From Granulicella sp. (GTDB lineage: Bacteria > Acidobacteriota > Terriglobia > Terriglobales > Acidobacteriaceae): a stretch of 64,000 bases of DNA. The DNA is taken from positions 1 to 64,000 of the forward strand of contig DAHWNL010000034.1 in the NCBI GenBank assembly GCA_027339965.1. The letters are read 5' to 3'. The translations under genes were made by a program, and so were the position numbers. Shown one piece after another: positions 1-9,151 of the stretch. The notes beneath the pieces were generated by a model. The model had not been told where the DNA came from. It did no database searches and saw nothing but the letters and a program-made list of their open reading frames with translations. Positions within the stretch are counted from its first letter, which is position 1. Each line of letters starts with the position of its first letter.

Positions 1-283
1 CATGCTTTTATACTACAATAAATAAGCTTCCATTAAAAGATTACTATAGACTCTTACATGCCTACATCAATAACCACAAAACAAGATTACTCCTTGCTCT
101 GCAATCACTTACCCTCGATGAGCCGGGGAAGTTCCGCCTGAATTGCGATCAGCCTGACAAGATTTGCACAGCTAATCGCGTCACGATATATTATGGTTTA
201 GAATAAGGCAACCTCTGATTTAGTAGAATCACTTTACCCCAAGCAGTACTATGCCCGCACCACACGAACGAAAGAGGACTCTT

Positions 284-1033
284 ATGATCGCTCATCGCAA
301 GTCATTCCGAAATAAGACCGCACTGGTCGCAACCCTCGCCATGTTGGCAGCGGCAGGTTGCCACAAGAAGCAGGCTGCGCCCCCTCCCCCCGCGGCCATG
401 GCTCCTGAAACTGTAGCTCCGCCGACCGCGTCGATCACGGCGGATCCGATGTCGATTGATCTTGGTCAATCCGTCGTACTCAACTGGCGCACAACCGACG
501 CGACCAGTGTGAGCATCGATGGCATCGGTCAGGTTCCTGTCAACGGAACCCAGACGGTTTCCCCCTCCAGCTCCACCAACTTCCACCTGGTCGCCACCAA
601 CTCGGGTGGAACTACAGAGGCCAATGTTCGCGTGACCGTTCGCGTGCCGGAAGTTCCCGCAGCGCCTTCCAACAACGTGAGTTCCGAGGCTGACTTCCAC
701 AATCACGTGCGCGATATTTTCTTTGCCTACGACAGCTACGATCTCTCCTCGGATGCCAAAGCATCCATCTCCGATGCTGCCGCCTACCTCAACGCTCATC
801 CAGACATCAAAATCCTGATCGGCGGCTACTGCGACGATCGCGGCTCGGCTGAGTACAATATCACCCTCGGAGAGAACCGCGCCAACGCCGCCAAGACAGC
901 TCTGGTTGCCGCTGGAGTGGATGGTGGTCGCATCCGTGTTGTCAGCTATGGCAAGGAGAAGCAGTTCTGCACCGAAGATACGGAGAGCTGCTGGCAACAA
1001 AACCGCCGCGACCAGTTCTCGATCGATCAGTAA
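284..1033 (+). CDS. pal: Peptidoglycan-associated lipoprotein (Pal/OmpA C-terminal domain) with an inserted Ig-like domain
   Basis: Lipobox LAAAGC, Pro-rich linker, beta-rich Ig-like segment, then OmpA-C motifs IFFAYD, GYCDDRGSAEYNITLGENRA and SYGKEK..C...CWQQNRR. ATG 284 follows GAGGA. Confidence 0.85.
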   Translation: MIAHRKSFRNKTALVATLAMLAAAGCHKKQAAPPPPAAMAPETVAPPTASITADPMSIDLGQSVVLNWRTTDATSVSIDGIGQVPVNGTQTVSPSSSTNFHLVATNSGGTTEANVRVTVRVPEVPAAPSNNVSSEADFHNHVRDIFFAYDSYDLSSDAKASISDAAAYLNAHPDIKILIGGYCDDRGSAEYNITLGENRANAAKTALVAAGVDGGRIRVVSYGKEKQFCTEDTESCWQQNRRDQFSIDQ

Positions 1034-1090
1034 AGCTCTTTTGTAGATGTACGGACCGACGCTGCGACCTTCATGGGCATGTTCCCAAGT

Positions 1091-1122
1091 TTTGCTCCAG
1101 CAGGCGAGCCTGCTGGAGCAAA
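1091..1122. repeat. Perfect 14-bp inverted repeat (TTTGCTCCAGCAGG-cgag-CCTGCTGGAGCAAA)
   Basis: Read directly from the sequence. No U-tract follows on either strand. Confidence 0.85.
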
Positions 1123-1196
1123 GATGAAAACCCCACTGTCGGCGGACTTCGGGAGACTGTCAGCACAGAAGCTTTTATGAGCGCGCCTTCTTGGGG

Positions 1197-1250
1197 ACCG
1201 CGCCGGATCTCATGGAACGCATGAGATCCGGCGCGGTTCTTCTTGTTTTT
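1197..1250 (+). terminator. Probable intrinsic terminator downstream of pal
   Basis: Perfect 18-bp stem ACCGCGCCGGATCTCATG/CATGAGATCCGGCGCGGT with a 5-nt loop, followed by TCTTCTTGTTTTT. Confidence 0.65.
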
Positions 1251-1549
1251 CGTCTCGACCCCCTCCTCCCACTTGCCCACCTTTCTACTCATCGCTGAGG
1301 GCTTGAACTTGTTGTTGGGAGCTTCTTGTGCAGCTTTCCATAGCCCCTTGATGCAGCAGCAACCGCTCCTTTTCCTCTGGTACAGCCCTCTGCTACAGCC
1401 GCAAAACGGCGGCTGTTCGCCTTGTCGTCGACGTCTTGTAGCATTTTCAGTGTTGCTGGGTACACCGGAGGGGGCGTGCAGTGGCGTCTTCATTGAGGAA
1501 AACGCCCATGGAGGTCGAGGCGTCGCGTTACACCTGCACTGAAAACGCC

Positions 1550-2221
1550 TTAGATGGGAGCAGCCCCATTGATGACTGTCACGCCCGGAGGCGGAGTGAA
1601 GGTGAACGCGCTCTCCGGTGCCGGTGCATTCTCGCGGATGTCCTTGAAAGTAAAAGTCGTCTCTGCCCCATCGGCATCTACAATCCGCAGCGCGTGGATC
1701 TGCCCCTGCACATCCGCTGTAATTTCCATCGACTGCACTGATTTTTCCATTCCACGCGGTACGCCGGAGAGAGTGTATCCTCCCGGAGCAAGCGTCAGGG
1801 TAAGCCCCTTCAACTCCTTAGCGATCTCCGTGTGCCCCAGCAGGAAACGAAGGGGCGAACGAAAATCGTCCAAATCTTTGGCCGGCGTTCGCTCTGCCTC
1901 AGCATCGCCCGGCGTGTAGCTGATGGCGAACCTGCCGTTCAGGACAAAGATCTTTCCCGAGGGAGCATCATAGGCCCAGCGCATCCTGCCCGGTCTGCTC
2001 AGGGTCAGCGTTCCGGTCTCGGAACGGTCAATCCCCATGCCACGATAGCGCTCGGTAAATCGCGCGGTAAGAGAGCGGAGATGGTTATAGTGCGTATCTA
2101 CCCGATGCGCCAACTGGGCTGCCGATGGAACTGCCGCAGCCGCCCAGGCCGTTGCCACGCCCGCAATCAGGGATGTTACCGTGGCAAATACCAGTAGGAG
2201 TTTTCTCGAGAGCAAAGTCAA
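1550..2221 (-). CDS. lolA: Outer-membrane lipoprotein carrier protein LolA
   Basis: Signal peptide; SLTARFTE, GTLTLSRPGRMRWAY and C-terminal FTFTPPPGV are LolA-like. Confidence 0.85.
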   Translation of the reverse strand: MTLLSRKLLLVFATVTSLIAGVATAWAAAAVPSAAQLAHRVDTHYNHLRSLTARFTERYRGMGIDRSETGTLTLSRPGRMRWAYDAPSGKIFVLNGRFAISYTPGDAEAERTPAKDLDDFRSPLRFLLGHTEIAKELKGLTLTLAPGGYTLSGVPRGMEKSVQSMEITADVQGQIHALRIVDADGAETTFTFKDIRENAPAPESAFTFTPPPGVTVINGAAPI

Positions 2222-2318
2222 AATCCAATCGAAGAGATTCCAGAGAAACTATGAAACCTGGCGCGGTTCACGAGCGAACTCTGCTCTCTGGTTTAAGACC
2301 AATAAGCCTGGAAATTCC

Positions 2319-3128
2319 TCAAGACCGAAGATCTGGGCGATTCGCCTGCTGCACCATCTCCATCAGCATCTGCCGGGTCTGCTGAGCGTTGGCCACCTCA
2401 CGGGGAAAGTTGATCCGCTGGCCTTTGATTCCTTCCGGCGTCTTCAGACGGAGGGTAAAGCCCAATCGGTCCACTGATGTCATCGCAGCCTCGCTTGCCT
2501 CAATCCCGGAGCAGGCGCGCGCCAGTAGCAGCATTGAGCCAACATGATCGGAGTTCATATGCGCCAGAATAGCGGGAGCTGATTGCATGAGCGGATCCGC
2601 AGAGGCACTCGCGTATTCAGCTGGGTCCACCCAGCCCATCACGCCAAACCCTCCCACATAGTAAAGATCCACCGGTTCCAGGCGAAAGAACCGGAAGTCC
2701 GCGAAGTCTACCCAATGGCGGCTGTTCGGGTGCCGGGTAAGATAATCCTCGCGCACTGCGGCTCTTTGCTCTCCGGTCAGCTCGGCGGCTTTGCCCAGCA
2801 AGGTAGCCCGCGCAGCTCCCAGGGGGTCACCGTCCTCTGCTGGCTGGGTCACAAACAGGCTACACCGCGGATTCTGGTGCAGATTCTGTGTATGCATGGC
2901 CATGCTGCTGATCAAAACCACCGGCCGGCCTTGGGCGTCGAGCGCAAACGGCATCAGGGATCCAAAGGGAAACCCCGCGTGCTTGCGCGAGACCGTAGAG
3001 AGCATTCCTATACTCACCAGAGAGAGCAGCGTGCGGCTGCGCTCGGCGTAGCCGGGTTCGGGGGGCTGGGGTCTGGTCCATTCAGAGGAAGCATGCTGAC
3101 GTGGCGCGGAGTCATGAGCAGACGGCAT
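2319..3128 (-). CDS. HugZ/GluBP-like protein: N-terminal pyridoxamine-5'-phosphate-oxidase-like split barrel plus C-terminal DUF2470
   Basis: LSTVS..GFPFGS...ISSMAMHTQNL..NPRCSL (PNPOx-like); ILAHMNSDH and VDRLGF (DUF2470). Confidence 0.8.
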   Translation of the reverse strand: MPSAHDSAPRQHASSEWTRPQPPEPGYAERSRTLLSLVSIGMLSTVSRKHAGFPFGSLMPFALDAQGRPVVLISSMAMHTQNLHQNPRCSLFVTQPAEDGDPLGAARATLLGKAAELTGEQRAAVREDYLTRHPNSRHWVDFADFRFFRLEPVDLYYVGGFGVMGWVDPAEYASASADPLMQSAPAILAHMNSDHVGSMLLLARACSGIEASEAAMTSVDRLGFTLRLKTPEGIKGQRINFPREVANAQQTRQMLMEMVQQANRPDLRS

Positions 3129-3476
3129 AACAACATCCTCTCACTGTCGTGGAGTCAAGATCCAGAGTTATGCTTTATCCACCGTTATGCTGCCTGCGCT
3201 TTCTCCCGTTGCGGCTATAGATGCGGGCTCAACCACCTTAAGACCGGCTTTGACTCGGGGCCCAAGCATCCCGGCTGCAAACTCCAAAACGAGATACATC
3301 TCTCCCGATATTTCACAGAGCCGGTCTTATCCTCAGCCTTCGGCCCCTTGCAAATTGCACCGGGGTCCGTAAGACTTGAGAAGACAACCTGATTTCAGCC
3401 ATCACGGTCTCGCGTCTTTCGGCAGCCATGAAGGGTATCTCATCGCTGCTCGAGAATCAGCACCGATAGCTGAAAT

Positions 3477-3554
3477 GTCCCCGTCGTCTAGAGGCCCAGG
3501 ACGACATCACACTCATGGTGTAAACACGCGGTTCGAATCCCGTCGGGGACGCCA
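3477..3554 (+). tRNA. Non-canonical tRNA-Glu-like gene (CTC within an 8-nt anticodon loop); pseudo-tRNA or specialised tRNA
   Basis: Acceptor stem GTCCCCG/CGGGGAC, Glu-type D arm GTCTAGAGGCCCAGGAC, T-loop TTCGAAT, 3' GCCA. Anticodon stem ACATC/GGTGT with loop ACACTCAT. T-stem ACGCGG/CCCGT carries one extra base. Total 78 nt. Confidence 0.8.
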
Positions 3555-3800
3555 TATCAGAGCCGACATTGTCCACTCCGCCAGCATCTACATACCGGCT
3601 GCAGGAAGCTTGCTCTCTGGGCTGGCCCTTTCTCAAAGGCCGGCGCCGTGAAGACTCCGCCAGAAAATAAGGTCAATTCCGACGCCCGCAGGTCCACTTG
3701 GAACAGCGGAGCAGCTCTTCCCGGTATTACGCAAGCACCTTGATGCCGAACAGATGGCGCAAGTCGCCTTGGGCTGATGCTGCGCAGGTAGAAACCACGC

Positions 3801-5873
3801 TCAGTGCCCTCCCAATGCCGTTTCGCCGGATTGCGGTGGATTTTTTGAGCTGCCCGCGGACGCAGCGCCTCCAAAGCTGACATAGCTGTCAGAAAATTCT
3901 GATGTCACCATCTTCGGCTGGATCACGACGCCGTTATAGAGCGTCGCCGCCAGCAGATGGTCACCGACCGGCCGCGCAAAGCGCAGCTTCCAACCCGTAT
4001 CCCAGTAGCGAACCGTAAAACCGGGAAGCTGAACCGCAAAGACCATCGAAGATGTAGCTGTCGTCAGAAGGATACGGTTTTCATGGCGATCAAAGTACAA
4101 TCCATCCACCTGAGGCGTATCGAGACTATAAACGATCTTCCACCTCAATCCATCATCAGTCGAATAGAAGACGCCTTCGCGGCCGCCCACCCACAGGTCG
4201 TGATTTCCATCGATCGCAACCGCGGAGATCTGCGACAGAGTCGACGGAAGGCCAATCGTCTTCCAATGTGCGCCTTCGTCCGTTGAGAAGTACATCTGCC
4301 TTAGACCAGCCGCGAGCAACTGGTTCTTTTCCGCGGCAACGAAGCGCACATCGTCCAGCGCTAGAGAACTCACCGGAGTCCATGCAATGCCATCGTCATC
4401 GCTCTTCAACAGCCCCTCCGAGGTGCCCGCATAGCTGATCAAGTTTCGGTCCGAGACCAGTGCATACACCACAGCATCGATCATCGGCTGCTTGGAAGAA
4501 AGCCGCTCTACTCGTAGCGCATCAAGCTCCTGGAGGCCCGGGGATCGCCGGCCATGTCCCGTCTGACGCAGCCAACGACCGGAGTTGACCCAGACATCAT
4601 CCTGGTTGCGGAAGATTCCATGCGGCGTCCCCGCCAGCAAAGTCCCTGCCGGCGTCATCGCCAGGCTGTATATATCCCGGCCATTGAGACCAATACTGTC
4701 CTCCCTCCAGTGTGCGCCACCGTCGATGCTCTGGAATACGCCTCCATCCTGCTTGTCGTTGACCACTCCTGCATAGACTGTGGCAGGGTGCATTGGATCA
4801 GCCGCATATGCCATCACCTGGCGGGAGGAGAAACCGCTGTTCGAGGATACAAAGCTGGAGGCGAAGTCCTCGCTGCGCAACACCCCGCCACGCTCCGTCG
4901 CCAACAGAATGTGTCCGGAGTCATGTGGATCCACATATACGTCATTGACCACCACATCGGAGGGCGTAAGTCGTTGCCACTGCTTGCCTCCATCCAGGGT
5001 CCTGTAGAGCCCCTCTGTGGTGCCCGCGTAGACCGTATCCAGATGCTCAGGATCCTGTTCGAGCTTGCGAGTGCGGCGTGCCTCGGAGGGAATGCCCTGC
5101 ACCTTATGAAAGAGAATCCCTGAATCGATGCTTTTGTAGATACCCGAACATGCGCTTGCATACACCACCTGCGGCAGATTCGGATCGATCAGGATGGAGA
5201 ATACATCCGAGTCATCAATAATGCCCTGCTTGATGCTCTCCCAGTGCCGGCCTCCATCAACCGTTTTCCACGGCAAGTGCCAGGTGCCCGCATAGATCAC
5301 CTGTGGGTTGCGCGGGTCGATCGCCACAGACTGTACCTCGTGAATCTCCTTACTTCCCTGCGGGCTGATCTGCATCCAGTGCAGGCCGTCGTCCATGCTG
5401 CGAAAGACGCCCTGAAGCGTGCCCGCAACCATCATCTCCGGATCAAAGGATGAGCGCGTCAAAGAGCGGATGGACTGCCCCCGCATGTCCGGGTCGCTCC
5501 ACCAGGTTTTGCCGCCATCTTCACTGATGAAGAGTCCCCCATCGGGGTGATCCACAATCCATGCTCCCACCACCAGCCGTTGCGGATTCCTGGCATCGGT
5601 GAGAATGTGATCGATGATCAAGTCGCTGCGATTCCCCACCTCTCCTAGACGCCTCCAGGTGACGCCACCATCCTGGGAGTCATACACCCAACCATTGGCC
5701 GTACCCAGGTACAGATGCTTGGAATTGTTGGGATCTGCGGCGAAGCTGCGAGCATCTCCTCCATACGGTCCAAGAGGAAACCATCGCAAAGCATGTATCG
5801 GAACGGTACACACCGTCCAATTGAATACCAGAACGGAAAGCAGACGCCAAGGCAGGAATCTCAGACGCTTCAA
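3801..5873 (-). CDS. Secreted BNR/Asp-box repeat beta-propeller protein (VPS10/glycosyl-hydrolase-like)
   Basis: Signal peptide; many S-x-D-G-G-x-x-W Asp-box repeats; GAGGAG upstream of the TTG start. Confidence 0.8.
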   Translation of the reverse strand: MKRLRFLPWRLLSVLVFNWTVCTVPIHALRWFPLGPYGGDARSFAADPNNSKHLYLGTANGWVYDSQDGGVTWRRLGEVGNRSDLIIDHILTDARNPQRLVVGAWIVDHPDGGLFISEDGGKTWWSDPDMRGQSIRSLTRSSFDPEMMVAGTLQGVFRSMDDGLHWMQISPQGSKEIHEVQSVAIDPRNPQVIYAGTWHLPWKTVDGGRHWESIKQGIIDDSDVFSILIDPNLPQVVYASACSGIYKSIDSGILFHKVQGIPSEARRTRKLEQDPEHLDTVYAGTTEGLYRTLDGGKQWQRLTPSDVVVNDVYVDPHDSGHILLATERGGVLRSEDFASSFVSSNSGFSSRQVMAYAADPMHPATVYAGVVNDKQDGGVFQSIDGGAHWREDSIGLNGRDIYSLAMTPAGTLLAGTPHGIFRNQDDVWVNSGRWLRQTGHGRRSPGLQELDALRVERLSSKQPMIDAVVYALVSDRNLISYAGTSEGLLKSDDDGIAWTPVSSLALDDVRFVAAEKNQLLAAGLRQMYFSTDEGAHWKTIGLPSTLSQISAVAIDGNHDLWVGGREGVFYSTDDGLRWKIVYSLDTPQVDGLYFDRHENRILLTTATSSMVFAVQLPGFTVRYWDTGWKLRFARPVGDHLLAATLYNGVVIQPKMVTSEFSDSYVSFGGAASAGSSKNPPQSGETALGGH

Positions 5874-6149
5874 GAAAAACTCCTCTTCTTTATCAGGCTA
5901 ACGCAAAGAGATGGGAAGCAGAAACCATCTGGCGCCGCAGAGGAATCACTCTGCGGAAAACTCCGTCGCACTGCATTTTTGCCGCACAACGAGCCAGATC
6001 GTTCCGCCCACTCCTGATCGGAAGGTATTGGGGGGGGTGAGTCGAATCACGGTCACTTCCTGGGGGCCGGATCCTCTGCGGGTGCTTATTCAGAATGGCG
6101 TTCCATCTGAGAGAGGCGCCAGAGTCTGCGAGAAAATTGCGCAACAAGG

Positions 6150-6187
6150 GCAACGGCCGGATGGGATCTCTCCCATCCGGCCGTTGC
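6150..6187 (-). terminator. Probable terminator of the OmpA-like gene
   Basis: Perfect 17-bp stem GCAACGGCCGGATGGGA/TCCCATCCGGCCGTTGC with a 4-nt loop, 16 nt after the stop. The U-tract is weak. Confidence 0.6.
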
Positions 6188-6203
6188 AGTCACGAACACA
6201 GAG

Positions 6204-7919
6204 TTAGTTGGAGCCGGTGGTGGTGGTCGAACTGCTCGCCGCCTTCTTGTGGTGGTGATGAGCATGCCGCACGCCCAAAGGCTTGCGCGGGATGGGTTTA
6301 ACCGCAGTCTCATCCACCGGCGTCAGTCCGTTCGTATCCAGGTTTGCTCCGGTCGGAATCAGAACCGTCTGGTCAGAGTTGGTTCCATCCTGGCCGGTGT
6401 AGACCTCGATGCTCGATGGATCCAGCCCCTTCTCCTTCACCAGATAGTCCTTCTCGTTGACGGCGCGCAGAGCCGCGCGGTGGAGCGTCTCCTTCTCCGC
6501 CAGCGCCTGTTTGCGCTGTGTGGAGCGCCCGCGGACCTTCACCGGCGCGGAGTTGCCGACAATGGCCAACTTCGCTCCGCTGTTCTGCTGATCCGTCAGG
6601 GCGATGTCATCCAGGCAAGCCTTGGCTTCATTATCGACACGCGTCGGACGAAGTTTGTCACGATCGAAGGTGATGGTGCAGAGATTCTTCGTGACAACCG
6701 GAGCCGGCGGCGGCGGCGGATTCAAATTCACCGTCGTCTGCGCTGATGCGGTCTGGCCTTGGTCATCGACTACGTTACAAGTCACGGTAATCGACGAACC
6801 GGGCGCCGCGCCCGTGGTGGACAGGGTGGCCGAAGAGGTGTTACCACTAATGGTGCCCGCTGTGGCGCTGTAGCTGTAGGTCAGGGGACGATTCTGGGGG
6901 CTGGATCCTACCGCAGTGATGGCAACCGGATCACCGGCATTGACAGTGGTCGGGTTGGCCGAGCAGCCAATGGTTGGCGGCTGGAACTGGGTCACGGTGA
7001 ACTGGGTAGAGCAGTCAGCCGACTCACCCGGCTTGTTGGCCTTGCCCTGCGCCACATGGCCTTTGACGGTATAGGTACCGGGCGCCAGACCCTTGGTGTC
7101 GATGGCCGCTACAGTGGAGTTACCCGAGACAGCGCCGCCGCTGCTGGACCAGGTGTAGTGAACTGGCTGCTTGGGGCGCAGATCGGTCGGCGTGCCGGTG
7201 ACCGTGACCGGATCACCGGGATAGATGGTGCCCGTTGGCGCCGTCACCGAGCAGGCATACTTCACGGGTGGCGGAGGCGTAAGGCTACCAAAGTGGAAGA
7301 GCAGACCGGAGCTCAACTCAGCTCCGTTCAAATTGGCTCGCCCACCCTGGAGGTAGATCGCAGGGTTTGCGGGGCCAAAGTCGATATGGGTATACCGATA
7401 ATCCGCCTCGAAGAGACGAAGCCCAAGGTGATTGTGGAAGAAAGGCAGTTGATAGTCCATACCGCCGCCGGCCATCAGCCCCGTACCCCAGGTATAGGGG
7501 TTATATCCCACGCCGCCGGGATTATTGGGTCCAACGCCTCGCACACCACCCACCAAGCCGTGCGCGAAGAGCGTATAGTTCTGCAACGGCCAGCGAACGA
7601 TCGGTCCGACGTAGTAGCCATAGAAGCCATCGCCCTGACCATTCGGGTTTGCCGTCATATTGAACTCGCCGCCAATATACTTGTTGAAGTAATAAGCGCC
7701 ACTACCCATCGCGCCCTCGTTGACGGAACCAAACTGTTCACCCGATGGCTGGATGTCACTGCTCAGACCATAGTATGAGTACCCCGTAAAAACATCCACA
7801 CGCGAGGGGCTTGGAGCGTTCGGCAAGGTACTCTGCGCGCTAATGCTGGCCACCCCACAACTGACCGCGCATGCGGCCAGAATGAGGCTGCCTAAATTAC
7901 GAAATGGACGATAAGACAT
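6204..7919 (-). CDS. Outer-membrane beta-barrel + two Ig/PKD-like domains + divergent OmpA-like C-terminal domain
   Basis: Signal peptide; barrel strands ending LLFHFG; two C-S-A/V-x-P...G-D-P-V-x-I/V-T Ig-like repeats; ITFDRDKLRPTRVDNEAKACLDDIAL OmpA-like region. Confidence 0.7.
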   Translation of the reverse strand: MSYRPFRNLGSLILAACAVSCGVASISAQSTLPNAPSPSRVDVFTGYSYYGLSSDIQPSGEQFGSVNEGAMGSGAYYFNKYIGGEFNMTANPNGQGDGFYGYYVGPIVRWPLQNYTLFAHGLVGGVRGVGPNNPGGVGYNPYTWGTGLMAGGGMDYQLPFFHNHLGLRLFEADYRYTHIDFGPANPAIYLQGGRANLNGAELSSGLLFHFGSLTPPPPVKYACSVTAPTGTIYPGDPVTVTGTPTDLRPKQPVHYTWSSSGGAVSGNSTVAAIDTKGLAPGTYTVKGHVAQGKANKPGESADCSTQFTVTQFQPPTIGCSANPTTVNAGDPVAITAVGSSPQNRPLTYSYSATAGTISGNTSSATLSTTGAAPGSSITVTCNVVDDQGQTASAQTTVNLNPPPPPAPVVTKNLCTITFDRDKLRPTRVDNEAKACLDDIALTDQQNSGAKLAIVGNSAPVKVRGRSTQRKQALAEKETLHRAALRAVNEKDYLVKEKGLDPSSIEVYTGQDGTNSDQTVLIPTGANLDTNGLTPVDETAVKPIPRKPLGVRHAHHHHKKAASSSTTTTGSN

Positions 7920-8212
7920 TCGACGATCCTCCCGATCAATCTGCTAAGTTGAAGGTTTCCAGGTACTCTTAAATCACTGCCTTTGGGGAATACTGATAAC
8001 CTAACCGTTCTCGCAACGAGTGTGAAAATTCATGCTGCAAACAGAGGAGCGCCGGCAAAACGCTTCAGTAAACAGCGAACCTTGATCTCTACCCATTATT
8101 ACATTACCGCAACTCCACCCACTTCTTGCCTCCAAATTCAAGCCGAATCCGATCTGTAACAGGCCGGAACATCTTTCGGCTCCCTTTGCCGTCACCCTTC
8201 GGTTCTCCAAAA

Positions 8213-8830
8213 TCAGTCAAGATTCAACGTCTGCCGGATGGCGCCTCGGCCAGCTTGGATCTTTTCTTGCAAGAGGGTGATCGCATAAAGTAACTGTTCG
8301 GGCCGGGGGGGGCAGCCAGGGACGTACACATCCACCGGAATGACCTGATTGACGCCCTGCACCAAAGCATAGTTGTTGAAGACTCCGCCCGAGGTCGCGC
8401 AGGCACCCATCGAGATCACCCACTTTGGTTCAGGCATCTGCTCATAGAGCTTGCGAATCACAGGAGCCATCTTTTGCGAAACCCGGCCGGCAATGATCAT
8501 CAGGTCGCTCTGGCGCGGCGAAGGACGAAACACCTCGGCGCCAAAACGGGCAATGTCATACCGGGAACCACCCATCGACATCATCTCGATCGCGCAGCAA
8601 GCTAAACCAAAAGTCATGGGCCAAATCGAGTTCTTGCGCACCCAGTTGATCGCGGCATCCAGCGACGCCAGTACAACTCCCTCCGGCTGGCCACTCCCCC
8701 AGTTCACCTCTTCCAGCTTCTCTCGGTTCTTCCCGAAGCTCTCCAGACTGCCAAAGAGATACCGGTCACTCCGCTGTTGAGCCGGGTTCGGCTGAACAAC
8801 TTTCTCTGTTTGGTTGGGGCTCTGATCCAT
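8213..8830 (-). CDS. nuoB: NADH-quinone oxidoreductase subunit B
   Basis: [42 protein letters not shown]. Start moved to ATG 8830. Confidence 0.95.
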   Translation of the reverse strand: MDQSPNQTEKVVQPNPAQQRSDRYLFGSLESFGKNREKLEEVNWGSGQPEGVVLASLDAAINWVRKNSIWPMTFGLACCAIEMMSMGGSRYDIARFGAEVFRPSPRQSDLMIIAGRVSQKMAPVIRKLYEQMPEPKWVISMGACATSGGVFNNYALVQGVNQVIPVDVYVPGCPPRPEQLLYAITLLQEKIQAGRGAIRQTLNLD

Positions 8831-9151
8831 CACTCCCAGTATACGTCCCCTCTGCTCGTTTTCTCCATGGAATATTGGTTGTGCAACCCATTTCTCGAGC
8901 TGGAAACAGACTCGCCGAGCCGTACGCCCTGTGTTCTCCAAGACGCTTCAGATGTCTGTTTCAGATGCCGCCATGCTTCTCGGCGTTGGATCGAATATAC
9001 GGAAATTTCGGCCGTTCCCGTGTTCCTGACGTATCTCCGCGCCCAGGCGGGGCCGCCCAGCGCAACTCTTCCAAGTCCAACTTTGGATCCCGATGACCCA
9101 GCCGCAGCCCATTTCCTCTGCAAGCCCCAGTTGAGCCGCTCCCGAACCACG

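Noticed and set aside
1071..1542. ORFs of 140 aa (minus) and 99 aa (plus) in the pal-lolA spacer
   Set aside because: No recognisable motif or RBS; the 140-aa frame runs through both hairpins.
3555..3800. Integrative element or attR at the tRNA 3' end
   Set aside because: I saw no integrase, no duplicate of the tRNA 3' end and no composition shift in the window.
5900..5970. Two small hairpins upstream of the BNR gene as a possible riboswitch
   Set aside because: No match to riboswitch consensus motifs I know; the stems are short.
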